From a virus: a stretch of DNA of 64,000 nt. The notes beneath the pieces are model-generated. The model did not search any database and was not told the DNA's origin. It was given only the letters and a program-made list of their open reading frames with translations. The stretch is taken from the IMG/VR virus record IMGVR_UViG_3300031999_001882, positions 32,001-96,000 of that record, one strand, 5' to 3'. This document shows positions 36,301 through 47,173 of this stretch, in pieces (within the stretch, counting starts at the first letter, position 1; each line of letters opens with the position of its first letter). The position numbers were made by a program, and so were the translations under genes.

Positions 36301-37745
36301 CAGATCACCACGATCCCCGTTAAGCTGTTGTTATCCAAGCGGAAATACTCAGTCAGTTGAGCCTGCAAAAACTGATTGCTTCCGCTCGATCCGCGCCGAG
36401 CCAATGTTGTAAACGGCAAGATGATCGAGGATACGCCCTGAACGGTGTTTCTGATTTGGAACACCAAATCGCTCTGCTCAACCCGCGCTCCAAGGCCCCC
36501 GGTATTGATGATCGTGGTCAGCGCCGCGATGATTTGGGTCTGCACCGTCGTCTTGTCGTAGCCACCTGTGGCTGTCGCCGTAAAACCGATGTCGATAAAA
36601 ACCTCAGTGGCTTCTTTCGCCAACACATCCGCCGTCAGTACCTTGTTATCTTCAAGCTCCAAAAGATTTTGAGTATCCGGCACGTTTTTGTCATAGACAT
36701 AAGCGACTGTGAACAATGATCCTGTATCCGGCTTAGCTCCCAAAACAGTCCATGCCAGCTTATCCGAAGCCAACACGGATTTCGCATAAGGCGTGGTGAT
36801 ATCCAACGATAGGCTATAATCCGCGCCCTGAGAGAAGGTAAACGGAACGGCGTTAGACAAACCAATCACACCAATGATCGAAGTCACCGGACGATTGTCG
36901 ATGAGGTATTGGAGTTGCCCGTTATAGAAGGTCGTAACCTGCTGAGCCTGAGCCGGATTCGTCCCAAGAATATAGATGTCCACTTCATTACCGAACTGAT
37001 TTCTCACGGCCTCCGAGTCATTCGGACCGACCACCGAAGCATCCAAAATGCCCGGCTGAGAAATGACGAGACTCCGGTATCCGGCCTTGGTGTCGAGGTT
37101 CCGGGCCTGAGCCTTGGCAATGATTCGCTGGGCCAGCGCCGCATTGGACTCAATATCGGTTCCACCGGATGTCGCCAGTCGGTTAGTAGATGTGTTGATG
37201 CCGGGGATGGGTTGCTGAATCACGACGATGTTGTTCGCGCCCACATTCCCAGAGATTCCGGCGAACAGCGCCACGACCGGAGCCGTCACGTCGAAGGTTC
37301 CATAAGTCGGGTCTTGGACGGATGTGGACCGCAGAAAAACGGTCTGAGTGGTCACAAACTGAACCACCGATCCGTCATCCAGAGTCCGGGTGGTGACGAT
37401 CACGCCGCCGGAGCCGTCTCCTGCGCCGATCTGAATGTCCGAGCTGGGCTGGCTGAACGAGGAGAAGGTCACAAATCCCGTGGAATAGGTCGCGGCCTTG
37501 CGGGTCAAATCAAAATTGGCGGCCAAATCATCCATCTGCTGAACGGTCAGATCATTGGCGTAATTGACGGATTGCGCTTTCTCAAGTGTCGAAATTTCCG
37601 TGTAAGCGTTAGCAATTTCTTGCGACACGGCCTCGATCACGATGTCACGCAGGACCGTACCCTCAAGCGTATCGGCATCAGGCCGTTTCAGCTTGATGTA
37701 GTTAATCATGTCGCTTACGATGTCAGCAAAAGTTAGGATTGCCAT
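36300..37745 (-). CDS. Baseplate J-like protein
   Basis: LTRK.AT...G.VTF, G..GNVGAN.I, GG.D.ES...L..RI. Confidence 0.9.
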   Translation of the reverse strand: MAILTFADIVSDMINYIKLKRPDADTLEGTVLRDIVIEAVSQEIANAYTEISTLEKAQSVNYANDLTVQQMDDLAANFDLTRKAATYSTGFVTFSSFSQPSSDIQIGAGDGSGGVIVTTRTLDDGSVVQFVTTQTVFLRSTSVQDPTYGTFDVTAPVVALFAGISGNVGANNIVVIQQPIPGINTSTNRLATSGGTDIESNAALAQRIIAKAQARNLDTKAGYRSLVISQPGILDASVVGPNDSEAVRNQFGNEVDIYILGTNPAQAQQVTTFYNGQLQYLIDNRPVTSIIGVIGLSNAVPFTFSQGADYSLSLDITTPYAKSVLASDKLAWTVLGAKPDTGSLFTVAYVYDKNVPDTQNLLELEDNKVLTADVLAKEATEVFIDIGFTATATGGYDKTTVQTQIIAALTTIINTGGLGARVEQSDLVFQIRNTVQGVSSIILPFTTLARRGSSGSNQFLQAQLTEYFRLDNNSLTGIVVI

Positions 37746-37754
37746 AAATATCCT

Positions 37755-38108
37755 TTATATCGGTATCGTCGGTATCGTCGGAACTGACGGTATCGGCGGA
37801 GTCGGCACATACGTTAATGGAGCTACTTTTTGCTCAAACACCGTGACCCCGTCTTGTTTCACTTTGAGCGTAATTGTCTGTGCGGCGGCAAACGCACTAA
37901 CCTGATTCATTGCGTTCTGCATCACGCCAAGCACCTTCTGAACCTTCGGCACAAGCCCTACAATCACCTTCTGAATTTTGACGATAGACGCAGGCATCTT
38001 CGGAATTTTGATCGACGGCAATGCCGGAGGAAACCCGCCTTTAGTAGTCGTCGCCGCAGGTTTAACTTTTGGCTTCGGTATCGGTACGACAATATCTAGG
38101 TTCGCCAT
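37755..38108 (-). CDS. Pro-rich hypothetical baseplate-region protein
   Basis: Tightly packed between spike and baseplate J. Confidence 0.6.
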   Translation of the reverse strand: MANLDIVVPIPKPKVKPAATTTKGGFPPALPSIKIPKMPASIVKIQKVIVGLVPKVQKVLGVMQNAMNQVSAFAAAQTITLKVKQDGVTVFEQKVAPLTYVPTPPIPSVPTIPTIPI

Positions 38109-38111
38109 AAA

Positions 38112-39437
38112 TTATTCCGAAATCGCCACCGTCGATGAAATCTGCACGGGTGTCACCGGGATTGCCGGAACCACAGGCGGCGGTGTCGGCGTTGGGCCGC
38201 CCGGCCCCGGACTGTAAATATGCGTATGCGTGTTGAATGCCAGCACCAAGTTATTGAATGCTACCGCCATCAAATCGGAAACTGTAAGCGGGTGCGAGGC
38301 CGCTTGTCCCAGCGCGATATTGCCGCTATTGACCACCACGTTCTGCGCGGTAACGCTCACTTGCATGGTAACGTCATCTACCACTACGCCAGTTCCGCCC
38401 GATGTCGTCAACTGAATATTGTTATCTTCCACATCCACGCTCGTCCCATTTGGTGACGTGAGGCTGATCGCGCCCGCGCCATCCAGCGTTACCGTAGACC
38501 CAAATCCATCGCTCATGGTGATCGAGCCATCTTCGTTCAAAGAAATAGTGACCGTGCCTTTCGCGCCGTTAACGACCATCGTGTAGCCTTTAGTCGCCAT
38601 ATGGACTTCTTCGCCTGCCGCATTAGTGGCTACATCTTTTGGGCAATTAACGGACAAACTGCCTTCGGTGTCCACCTGCGTGTTGAAGCCGGACATATGA
38701 GAAGCGTCAAAATTAACCTCTTTCCCATTGAAGGAAATCTTTTTTACGTCCTTCTTCTCGATTCCTCTCTTACTGTCTACCTCATTCGGAGAAATCAAAA
38801 ACAAGTCATTCTGTCGAGCTGTTCCCAGAGTAATGTCCCAGATTCCTGCGTTCTCTGTCACATCCGCCAGCGTTAGCTTGTTCGGATTGTTGATCTCATT
38901 GTCGTTGCGCGGCAAGCGCACGATAAACCGCATATTGGCGAAACGATCCATATAAAGCTCAGCGCCCTGAAACGACTTGAAGAACAGCTCGCCGCCCGTT
39001 AGATACCGGGTCGGACGGTACAACACTTCTCCGCCACCTGTGGCCTGTGGCGGGTAACGCTTACCCGTGATGGCTTCTCCTTGGGCGATTGGAACGAGCG
39101 ACCCCAGCTCATAATAGGGATTGCCCTGCAAATAGGCGAAAATCACCGGATATCCGCCGGAACGAAAGCCCGCCACCATGATGTCTCCGGCGCGGGGCAT
39201 GGTATAGATGCCCCAGCCTTGGCCTGAAATCGGATAGGCCAACGGCACTTGGTCAAGAATGCCGAGGCGCGTGTCCATCCATTGAATCGTGCCCGTGCCA
39301 TAGGTTTGCCGCCGCCCTGCGCCGCCCTGCTGAGGCGTGTTGTAGTCGATGGAAATGATCGTGCCGACACGGAAAAACTCATAGAAGTTCGAGCTTTCCG
39401 CGCCTTCAAAGGCCGATGTGTCGAGGTCAAGAATCAT
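38112..39437 (-). CDS. Baseplate central spike (gpV/gp5-like)
   Basis: N-terminal OB-like P..GD...GF, beta-repeat region, C-terminal FN.HTH...GPT.PP. Confidence 0.8.
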   Translation of the reverse strand: MILDLDTSAFEGAESSNFYEFFRVGTIISIDYNTPQQGGAGRRQTYGTGTIQWMDTRLGILDQVPLAYPISGQGWGIYTMPRAGDIMVAGFRSGGYPVIFAYLQGNPYYELGSLVPIAQGEAITGKRYPPQATGGGEVLYRPTRYLTGGELFFKSFQGAELYMDRFANMRFIVRLPRNDNEINNPNKLTLADVTENAGIWDITLGTARQNDLFLISPNEVDSKRGIEKKDVKKISFNGKEVNFDASHMSGFNTQVDTEGSLSVNCPKDVATNAAGEEVHMATKGYTMVVNGAKGTVTISLNEDGSITMSDGFGSTVTLDGAGAISLTSPNGTSVDVEDNNIQLTTSGGTGVVVDDVTMQVSVTAQNVVVNSGNIALGQAASHPLTVSDLMAVAFNNLVLAFNTHTHIYSPGPGGPTPTPPPVVPAIPVTPVQISSTVAISE

Positions 39438-41716
39438 GCCGTGGGAACCCTCGTCAACATATCCATCTTGTCGTAATTGGCCGATGGCGGCAAGCTCGGA
39501 ACCAGCGAAGTCTGCGTCTGCTGGCTCTTGGTGTCCGCGCTGGTCTGCGCCGTGGTGAACGCCGTCTCGGTTGCTAATGCCTTGGCAAAGTCTATGTCCA
39601 CGCCGAACTCCCAGATATAGCCGTTGTAATAAAACAGTTGAAGATTGGCCGCAATATCCGTCGGAGACGATGACCCCTTGGGGTTATAAATCCTCTGAAT
39701 CTCGTCCTCGCTATAGCCATCCGTTTTGAGAAATGCCGTGACCCCGGCATAAGCCAGCATAATGTCCGACCCCTGCATAATCGTAATTCGGCCATTCTGC
39801 TTGATATCGTAATTGAGTGACTGCACGGCCACGGCGCGTTGCGCGTCCTGCGTCGGCGCAAACCCGGAAGGAATACGTCTTTGGGAAAGAAGGAGAGCCA
39901 GATCAAAGACAGGCAAGCGCCGATAGGTGAGGTTCAGCCGCATGGTATAGCGCTGGCCCGGAGAGACGCTGTGCTCGATAGAATCCACATAATAGAGCGC
40001 GTTCGTGCCTTGCAGATAAACGTAGCTCCCGACACGAATCTGCGAATTGCCGACGATCTCCACCGATCCGCCCGCATACGCCTTTCGGTTGATTCGGGTC
40101 AAAACCGAGGTTGCCCAGACGTTCAGGCTGGCGTTGGTGGTCAACCCGATCACGGGTTGCAGGTTCAGCATTTTCTCACCGTACTTCTTGATGAGGCGGT
40201 TGTCCTTGATATAGCCGAAGATGCCGATGGCATCCAAACCGCTTCCAAAGCGTTGCTTCCAGTTGCCGACGACCACAGCGATATTGGCGATGTCCGAATT
40301 ATTCTCGTAGGTCGTCTCCCGGTAAACATCGGTGTCCTTGATGACGTTGAGATCGCTGGTCACCAAATGGCTCAGGCCAAGATTGATCGGGCGGAACCGA
40401 ATGATGCCGTCCTCGTTGGAGAAGAATTCAAAATAAATGACGTTGGCAAATTCCTGAATGAGCTTGTTGGTTTCCTTCCACTCCGACATCCAAAGATCAA
40501 ATCCGTTTCGGAAAGCGATCTGATAAGCAGGCTGATCCGTGCCTTCGATGACCATGATCGGCTTCTTATAAAAATTGGCGCTCTGAGCTGTGACCAATGA
40601 CTTGGTGTTCCGGTAAACCGACGCAGACCCGGCGATAATTTTCCACACTGTCTGACTCGGAGGTGTGTCGATATATTGGTTGATGGAATTCGAGCGCTCT
40701 GTCTCGATTGATTTCCGAGCGGCCTGCAATTCCGAGGCGAGTTCATTGCCGCTCGATCCGACAACGCCCGGACCCTTTTGAGTCGGGTTTGGCTCTGTCG
40801 AGAAGAAATTTCGCTTCTTAAACAGCGTCGTATAAGTGTTGATGGTATTGACCAGATTGGGGAGATCGTTGATCGTAGACATGGCAAGCGCCGTCACGTT
40901 CGAGACGACCTTCTGAACCGCCTCGGCTCCGCCGCCTTCGCCCTGCACCCACGGAAAGATGAACGCGCTCAGCGAAGCGAACTGCGCTTCCGGGTCACGG
41001 TCAATCAGCGCCTTGCGGATCGCGGTGCGCGAGAACCGAAGGCGCTTGGTCACATCCTCGCATTCCAGATTGATGATGTTCTGGGCTGGCGCACGCTGAC
41101 GCTCCACGGCATTCACAAAGCCCACAAAGCTGTTGTGCGGCTGATTGTCTTTGTCCGGCAACCGGACCACCACGATGTCGTCAGGCTCAAAGATCGTGCG
41201 CCCGGCCAACAACGAGTTTTTCTTAAAGGTAAATTTGTCGGTGTCGTTCTTAATCGAGATGGATGCTGTGCCGACCCCGGTTGTCGAGATTCGGCACGAT
41301 ACCGACAGCACATCCTCGATTCCGTTCATCTTGGAGGACTGCACGCGCACCGTCCATGCTGGCCGCGCCAGATTGATGATGCCAAGCGCAATCACGTCGA
41401 TGTACCGGGCATTGGCGAATAGAGGTTTGACCGAAGCATCTGTCCCGACTGAGGCGATAGGCACGAACGCATTGCCGGGGCTGTAGGAGATGATCGGTTG
41501 CAGGATGACTGCATTGCGCGTCAGCACATAATCCAGAGCGCCGCGAATGGTGGACAAAAATTCTTGGTACTTGAGCGTGAACTCTTTGTATTCGGTGTCC
41601 ACCTCAAGGCGGCTGGTTTTGAGCTGTTTGATGACAAACACATCCACATCACGGTCGAGAGCGACCATGTTCTGAACGAGAGCGCCGTCACCTCCGGCTG
41701 GAAATGTTAAGCCCAC
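39434..41716 (-). CDS. Baseplate hub protein (gpD/gp27-like)
   Basis: F.GFV..V, CED..K.L, EFF...DG...FRP, G...IR.G...YYV.SI.H. Confidence 0.75.
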   Translation of the reverse strand: MGLTFPAGGDGALVQNMVALDRDVDVFVIKQLKTSRLEVDTEYKEFTLKYQEFLSTIRGALDYVLTRNAVILQPIISYSPGNAFVPIASVGTDASVKPLFANARYIDVIALGIINLARPAWTVRVQSSKMNGIEDVLSVSCRISTTGVGTASISIKNDTDKFTFKKNSLLAGRTIFEPDDIVVVRLPDKDNQPHNSFVGFVNAVERQRAPAQNIINLECEDVTKRLRFSRTAIRKALIDRDPEAQFASLSAFIFPWVQGEGGGAEAVQKVVSNVTALAMSTINDLPNLVNTINTYTTLFKKRNFFSTEPNPTQKGPGVVGSSGNELASELQAARKSIETERSNSINQYIDTPPSQTVWKIIAGSASVYRNTKSLVTAQSANFYKKPIMVIEGTDQPAYQIAFRNGFDLWMSEWKETNKLIQEFANVIYFEFFSNEDGIIRFRPINLGLSHLVTSDLNVIKDTDVYRETTYENNSDIANIAVVVGNWKQRFGSGLDAIGIFGYIKDNRLIKKYGEKMLNLQPVIGLTTNASLNVWATSVLTRINRKAYAGGSVEIVGNSQIRVGSYVYLQGTNALYYVDSIEHSVSPGQRYTMRLNLTYRRLPVFDLALLLSQRRIPSGFAPTQDAQRAVAVQSLNYDIKQNGRITIMQGSDIMLAYAGVTAFLKTDGYSEDEIQRIYNPKGSSSPTDIAANLQLFYYNGYIWEFGVDIDFAKALATETAFTTAQTSADTKSQQTQTSLVPSLPPSANYDKMDMLTRVPTA

Positions 41717-42391
41717 TTACCCTCCCGCCGTCAAGAAGCCCGGCGCACTTGTGATCCCAGAAACCGTCTTACCAAGTCCCAGCTTGAGGTTGTCTGGAAA
41801 ATTCACCAACAACTGCCGCGCAATATAGTCCGTCGAAGAAAAAGTCACCACAAACTCAAAGGCATAGTCGTACACGCGAGGGCGGTCGATCTGCTCCGAG
41901 TACGAGAACGACGTGAAAAATCCAAGGTACAGCGTGTACCGATAGACGATGAACGATTGACTGAGTACCTTGAGGTTCGAGGTCTGCTGACCCGTGATCT
42001 GGTTCTTCATGGCTTTGTCGCCGCTATTGAGGTTCACGACATCAGACCCCTGCGGCATATTCTTGGTGTTGAGCGTTTTCAGAAGGCTCACCATGCGCTC
42101 TTTGTCCAGCTTAAAAATCTGTTGAAGCCGCAAAATCTGGAAGTCCACCTTGGCAAAATCTCCGGCACTCCCGACCTTTCGCGTGGTCCATCCGACACAT
42201 TGAATGGTATCCGGGCGATTGCCCCAATGCTCATAGACCCACGATCCGAGCGTCTGGGCCTCGCTGAACGACTTGCGCGAGTTCACCCGGAAGTTCTGCG
42301 GGTTCGGACTCATCAGCAAGATGAACGGGACGTTGGCATTGCCCACGATCATCTGCGACGTTAAATCTCGAAGGCTTGGAATAATCGGCAT
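41717..42391 (-). CDS. Tube-initiator/baseplate organiser-like protein
   Basis: NPQ.F, T.G.W.Y.HWG, Y.GFF.SF...E...P..Y.Y.F.F; follows tape measure. Confidence 0.7.
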   Translation of the reverse strand: MPIIPSLRDLTSQMIVGNANVPFILLMSPNPQNFRVNSRKSFSEAQTLGSWVYEHWGNRPDTIQCVGWTTRKVGSAGDFAKVDFQILRLQQIFKLDKERMVSLLKTLNTKNMPQGSDVVNLNSGDKAMKNQITGQQTSNLKVLSQSFIVYRYTLYLGFFTSFSYSEQIDRPRVYDYAFEFVVTFSSTDYIARQLLVNFPDNLKLGLGKTVSGITSAPGFLTAGG

Positions 42392-44415
42392 TATTGTCGT
42401 CCCTTGACCTTCTGGCTTTTCAAAGCTTTGCTCAGTTCTTCGGCTGTGCGCCGGACTAACCCATCGGTGTCATCCCCGGTCAGCCCGATTTGGATATTGA
42501 TGGTTCCCGGCGTTCCGCCGCCACCCATTGCTGTTCCGGTGGACTTCCCGCCAGAGAACGAAGAAGGCACTTCGCCGCGAGCCTGCGTCCTCATATTGGT
42601 GGCGGCCATTGCCGACACAGGCGGCGCAAACTCTACGCCTTTGAGCTTGGCTATCGCCTCTTGAGTGACATAATTCTGGGCCTCATCCCGGCGCATTCCT
42701 TGAGCCATCAAACCAACAACTTCCTCTTGCCGATGCTGTTTGCCTATCTTCATCTGAGCATCTGCCTCGGCTCGCTCGCGCCCGCGCAGGCCCACGACAG
42801 GCATTTTCAGGCCCTTGGTCTTTTCCAACATCCGATCCCCTTCTTGGCCGACCGATGCCGGGAGTTCAAACGTCACCTTAAAAGCATCAGCTTGAATCGT
42901 TTTCAAAATTGCGTCGGCAAGCGGCATGATCGAAGTTCCAATACCTCTGGCAACTCCAATCAAGTCCTCCATCTGCTTGGCCGAGTCTGGCGGCGCATTG
43001 GCTCTTATCTCATCCTGAATCACCTTCAAATCTGGAATTCCGCCAAGAACTTTCTCCATCGTATTGTTGGATAGACCCTGCAAGCCTTTGAGCGCCGGGA
43101 ACTCCTGCGATACCAGCCGCATGGCCCCCATCTTCTCGTTCGGGGTGGCTCCCGGCCCGGCGACTTGCTCGGCCAGCGCCTTCATGGTTTTCACTTGAAT
43201 ATCGAGCATCTGGGCTTCCTTATCACGCCCGCCGATCATGCCAATGGCTCCAAGCGGGCTTATTCCTGCCGGAGCGCCTGTTTTGACCCCCATTTGAGTT
43301 GCCAGAGCGATAATTCCAGCCTGTCGGCCAAAGTCTGCCTGCCGCATGGCCGTCGCCATCTGAGCGAATTGCTGGATGGATAGCTGGCCTTCGTTCAGCT
43401 CTTTACCGAACTTTTTGACCACGGCCTGAGCGAAAGTGATGTCTGAACTATATGTCCGGGTCGCCTGCGAAAGCTCCGTCACCCAACTGGTGTAATTCTG
43501 GGTGGACATCCCGGTTGCCCGCGCCGCCCGGTCAAAGCCAATCAGGGTTGCGGCGGCCCGTTCCGCCGACATTCCGAACTTCTGAATGAGGTTGACCGTG
43601 GCGCTCCGGGCTACTTCCTCGGATACCCCGGCGGCCAAAGCAAAAGCGCTGGCGATCTGGGTTGCCTTCATGCTGAGCAAAGCACCCATTCCCATGAAAT
43701 TCGCGCCGAAAACTTGTGTCATATTGCGTATTTCGGCGGCGGCCTGCTCAGAAGTCTTGCCCATGAGCATGAGGCTTCCGATGGCTTTTCCGGCGGCATA
43801 CTGCATCTCAGCGCCCGGCTGGTACTGCCGAACTCCCATCCCTGCCGCGCCGCCCTGCATCCCGCCGCCAATCCCCATCAGGCCGATGGTGGCTTTCCGG
43901 GTCTGAATATCAATCTGTTCAAGACCCTTTGCGAGATCAAGCGCCACGCCAGCCCAGCCGTACTTCATATTGGCGAACTGTCCAGCCACAGCTTTCCCAA
44001 GATCGTTTATTCCGATAATTCCGCCGTGCATCTTCTGTTGAAGATCGCGGAAGCTCAGACCAAGGATATTTAGCTCGCCGCCAACGCTCTTGAGGCTGTC
44101 TTGAAAAACAGCCGTTGCCTTGCGAATCTGCTCACCGCTCAAGCTCGTCTTGCCAAGCTCTTTCTGAAAATCCGCAATAGCTCCCTTAGCATCCGAAGCA
44201 CTTTTGGCTTGCTCGCGGTATTTGAAAATAAGCTCTTTAACTTTTTCGCCAGCTTTTTCGGTTCCATCACCAATGTTATCAAGCGACTTAAAGAACTCAC
44301 CCAGATCACGCGTAGTACGACCTGTTTGACGCGAAATGGCTTCAATGCTTTTCGTCAGCGCGATCAGCGCTGTCGCGGCATCTATTATTTGCTTGTTTGG
44401 ATCAGGCTCAACCAT
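42391..44415 (-). CDS. Tape measure protein (674 aa)
   Basis: Helical Ala/Gly/Gln-rich protein immediately after the chaperone pair. Confidence 0.8.
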   Translation of the reverse strand: MVEPDPNKQIIDAATALIALTKSIEAISRQTGRTTRDLGEFFKSLDNIGDGTEKAGEKVKELIFKYREQAKSASDAKGAIADFQKELGKTSLSGEQIRKATAVFQDSLKSVGGELNILGLSFRDLQQKMHGGIIGINDLGKAVAGQFANMKYGWAGVALDLAKGLEQIDIQTRKATIGLMGIGGGMQGGAAGMGVRQYQPGAEMQYAAGKAIGSLMLMGKTSEQAAAEIRNMTQVFGANFMGMGALLSMKATQIASAFALAAGVSEEVARSATVNLIQKFGMSAERAAATLIGFDRAARATGMSTQNYTSWVTELSQATRTYSSDITFAQAVVKKFGKELNEGQLSIQQFAQMATAMRQADFGRQAGIIALATQMGVKTGAPAGISPLGAIGMIGGRDKEAQMLDIQVKTMKALAEQVAGPGATPNEKMGAMRLVSQEFPALKGLQGLSNNTMEKVLGGIPDLKVIQDEIRANAPPDSAKQMEDLIGVARGIGTSIMPLADAILKTIQADAFKVTFELPASVGQEGDRMLEKTKGLKMPVVGLRGRERAEADAQMKIGKQHRQEEVVGLMAQGMRRDEAQNYVTQEAIAKLKGVEFAPPVSAMAATNMRTQARGEVPSSFSGGKSTGTAMGGGGTPGTINIQIGLTGDDTDGLVRRTAEELSKALKSQKVKGRQ

Positions 44416-44801
44416 TACTCAATGACCTCCATCTGTCCCTCTTGATCGACCACTTCCGACTCGGAATCATCCTCGTCGTCGAACACAATGCTGTCCATAT
44501 TGATCTTGGTGACATCAATGCCTTGCGACCGCAAAAGGTCCAGATACTCCGCTTTCCTGTCAGCCAAATTTCTCGTTTTGGCTTCTTTTGCTTTTTCTAT
44601 CGACGACCACAGCTCATAGTTGACCCACGGCAACAGACTCTTGACCTTCTTTGACAGCTCCTCCTCGTCGGCGATGAGGTTTGCTTGGGACCAGCCCCAA
44701 TGAATGTCCTCGAAGGTAGCGACTAAGCTACCGGGACTTTCGCCGAGCTTGGTGCAGATTTTCCAAAGGATTCTGCCTGCTGGACCCTTGAGGAGTTTTT
44801 T
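44415..44801 (-). CDS. Tail assembly chaperone T-segment, reached by -1 frameshift
   Basis: Slippery heptamer A AAA AAC at 44801-44795; -1 frame open from there into the 44415-44633 ORF. Confidence 0.8.
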   Translation of the reverse strand, partial: KKLLKGPAGRILWKICTKLGESPGSLVATFEDIHWGWSQANLIADEEELSKKVKSLLPWVNYELWSSIEKAKEAKTRNLADRKAEYLDLLRSQGIDVTKINMDSIVFDDEDDSESEVVDQEGQMEVIE

Positions 44802-45178
44802 AGTGAATCAAGCTCCTTAATCCGTTCCGTCACCAGATCGGAGTAGCAGTTGTTAAAAAGATAATCGACGATGCCCCAATCCAGATCGTAGAGAGTTTTC
44901 TCCACGGCCCGGAAAGGGTGCATTGTCGGATCAGCTCTCAACATCTCCCGAACTTCGGGATGGGACTCTAACGGTGACTTATTGACAGACACGATGGACC
45001 TTGCCAGTATTGGCACTTTTGCGGCCTCGGATTGGGCGGCGAGGTCATAGCCAGAGATCGAACGAGCGATCTCAGCCTGTTCTCCTGCGGTTAGCGTTTG
45101 AAGCATCACCGTGCTATCTCCGATCTGATACGCCTTTGTCTTGCGCTGTCCCAACAGCGCGTCTATGAGCTTCTGCAT
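44723..45178 (-). CDS. Tail assembly chaperone (G-like)
   Basis: Between tube and tape measure; GAGGAGG RBS; LKN slippery site. Confidence 0.8.
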   Translation of the reverse strand: MQKLIDALLGQRKTKAYQIGDSTVMLQTLTAGEQAEIARSISGYDLAAQSEAAKVPILARSIVSVNKSPLESHPEVREMLRADPTMHPFRAVEKTLYDLDWGIVDYLFNNCYSDLVTERIKELDSLKNSSRVQQAESFGKSAPSSAKVPVA

Positions 45179-45232
45179 ATGACCTCCTCAGTCAGTTTCA
45201 GTTTTCTGGGCTATCTAAAACAGCCCTTCTAT

Positions 45233-45763
45233 TTAGAATCCCTGCGAGGCAAGCGCCGGGGTTTCAACTTGGCCGTACACCACGGTCGCTGTTTCAGACT
45301 CACGGATGTCAGCCGTCACGTCGCGGGTCGAACCATAGCGGCTGATCCAAGCGTCTTTATAGACCTTCTGGACCGCTTCAACGGCTGGCGCGGAGACGTT
45401 CGGTGTCCCGTCCTGATTGAACTGCGGCGTGGTGACGATTTCGTGAATCTCGAACGGCTTGTCCATTTCAAAGAGCGTCTGAGTGCCTGTGGCGGCTCCC
45501 AACGCTTCCATGAGATTGGACCGATAAAGCCGAAGTCGCTTGACTTCCAAGCTCTTTTCTCGAACCAGACCGGGAACCATCTCGAATGGCTCTCCGATCC
45601 GCTTCCCAAGCGACTGCCCGATTTCAAACGAGGCGGTTACGTCCCTCGTCTCCGACGGATTGATGCTCTGAATAGCGCCCACATCCACCAACTGTCCCGC
45701 TTGGTTGACAATTCGGATGATGTAGGAGGTCGCTAACTGAATGCGTGTCGATGCTGGTTTCAT
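45233..45763 (-). CDS. Tail tube protein
   Basis: Follows sheath; VGAIQS..PSE.R, E.VPG, PF.I.E; AAGGAGG RBS. Confidence 0.8.
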   Translation of the reverse strand: MKPASTRIQLATSYIIRIVNQAGQLVDVGAIQSINPSETRDVTASFEIGQSLGKRIGEPFEMVPGLVREKSLEVKRLRLYRSNLMEALGAATGTQTLFEMDKPFEIHEIVTTPQFNQDGTPNVSAPAVEAVQKVYKDAWISRYGSTRDVTADIRESETATVVYGQVETPALASQGF

Positions 45764-45793
45764 TTGACTTTAATCCTCCTTAGTGCCCGGCGC

Positions 45794-47155
45794 TTAGAGC
45801 GCGGTATTTACGAAAATGCTGAACGATACATTGATGAACCGCAACGGAAACACAGGCGAAACTTCAAACGACACATTCACCTGTCGCGGATCAACGGTGT
45901 CCAACTTGGCCGTGATGTTACGGAACGCTGTGATGATGCTGGAATTCAGGAAGTTGCTCAGAATGGCTTGAGTGCTGGCTTCGATATTTCTCAAGCTTCC
46001 GCCGAGTAACTTGGTCCCGATGTAGCGCGTATCTAGCGTGGAACGAACCTGCTTCCGCAACAAGTCTTTGATTCTCCGAATACTCGGCTCCACCGTCTCA
46101 ATACTGCCTGTGTCGGTGGTGGACGCTTCCTTCACATACACGCCGTTCGTATCCGATTGCAGGATCGTCACGCCGCCACGGAGCATGAACAGCACTTCGC
46201 TCCGAATGTATTTGAAGTTGTTAGCGTCCATACGACTCGGCAAGCGCTTCCGAAGAAGCGGGGTCGCCACGTCATTTGCCGACTCAACTCCGGCCAAGGC
46301 CGCTCCCCCATAAACCGAGGAAAGGACCAACCGTGCGTCGTTGCCTGTACCCACGTCTTTCACCGTGATGCCCATTGAAGGAGGCGCGATTAAATTAACG
46401 CGATCACTCCCGATTTGAGCCGCCAGATTTCCGATGGTGGTCACCGTGTCATTAAGATTCGCCGAAGGAATCCACGCATGACGTTCCTTCTGGTTGAAGT
46501 CGGTGGACATCGACTCGACGTGATTGATGACTTCTTGACGAACCTGCGTATTGGTTGCGCCAACCACGATCAAGGTATCAATGTCCTCGCGTTCAAACTT
46601 CTGGATTGCGTCGATGTAAGAACTCGTTGCTCCATTGATTGCCTGACACGCCATAACAACCGTGCCATCGCCGCCCGCCTCAAATGCCAAGAGAGCCGCC
46701 AACGTAATTTCGCTGACCACTCCATTGCTCAGCTCAGGACCGTAAAGCTGTCGGCAATCGTCGATAGAGAACAGAGTCACCGGATTGAAATAAGCCGGAT
46801 CAACCTTGTTCTTGTTGTAAGAGGCATAATACGTCGCCCCTGTCGTCGGCTGTAAGCCTGATCCAAGCCATTGCACCGTATTATCAACTTGGTTAAAGTC
46901 CGTACCCGCAATGAAGTTGAAATACCCCGGAGCGGCCCCGACTCCAATGATGGACGCAACATCTCCGCTCACCGTATTTGGAAGCGCATCGGCTCCGTTG
47001 GTCAAACCCTTCACCACCTCGACGTTATCTACTTCGATGGTTGAACTCGCCGTCCCAACAATCCCTGTGATGTTAATGACCCCCGGCCCCAAGGCCAAGG
47101 ATGGATTTGCGACTTCTGAAACAACTACACCGGACTCTCTGACGCTGATTGTCAT
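45794..47155 (-). CDS. Tail sheath protein
   Basis: S.V...E N-terminus; R..D...YIG; DP....V.F...PVFPL.FI.V.F C-terminus. Confidence 0.9.
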   Translation of the reverse strand: MTISVRESGVVVSEVANPSLALGPGVINITGIVGTASSTIEVDNVEVVKGLTNGADALPNTVSGDVASIIGVGAAPGYFNFIAGTDFNQVDNTVQWLGSGLQPTTGATYYASYNKNKVDPAYFNPVTLFSIDDCRQLYGPELSNGVVSEITLAALLAFEAGGDGTVVMACQAINGATSSYIDAIQKFEREDIDTLIVVGATNTQVRQEVINHVESMSTDFNQKERHAWIPSANLNDTVTTIGNLAAQIGSDRVNLIAPPSMGITVKDVGTGNDARLVLSSVYGGAALAGVESANDVATPLLRKRLPSRMDANNFKYIRSEVLFMLRGGVTILQSDTNGVYVKEASTTDTGSIETVEPSIRRIKDLLRKQVRSTLDTRYIGTKLLGGSLRNIEASTQAILSNFLNSSIITAFRNITAKLDTVDPRQVNVSFEVSPVFPLRFINVSFSIFVNTAL

Positions 47156-47173
47156 GTTATTTGCCTCCTCCTC

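Noticed and set aside
35539-47155. Tailocin or extracellular contractile injection system
   Set aside because: Neck and head-region genes, early genes, helicase and homing endonucleases indicate a phage genome
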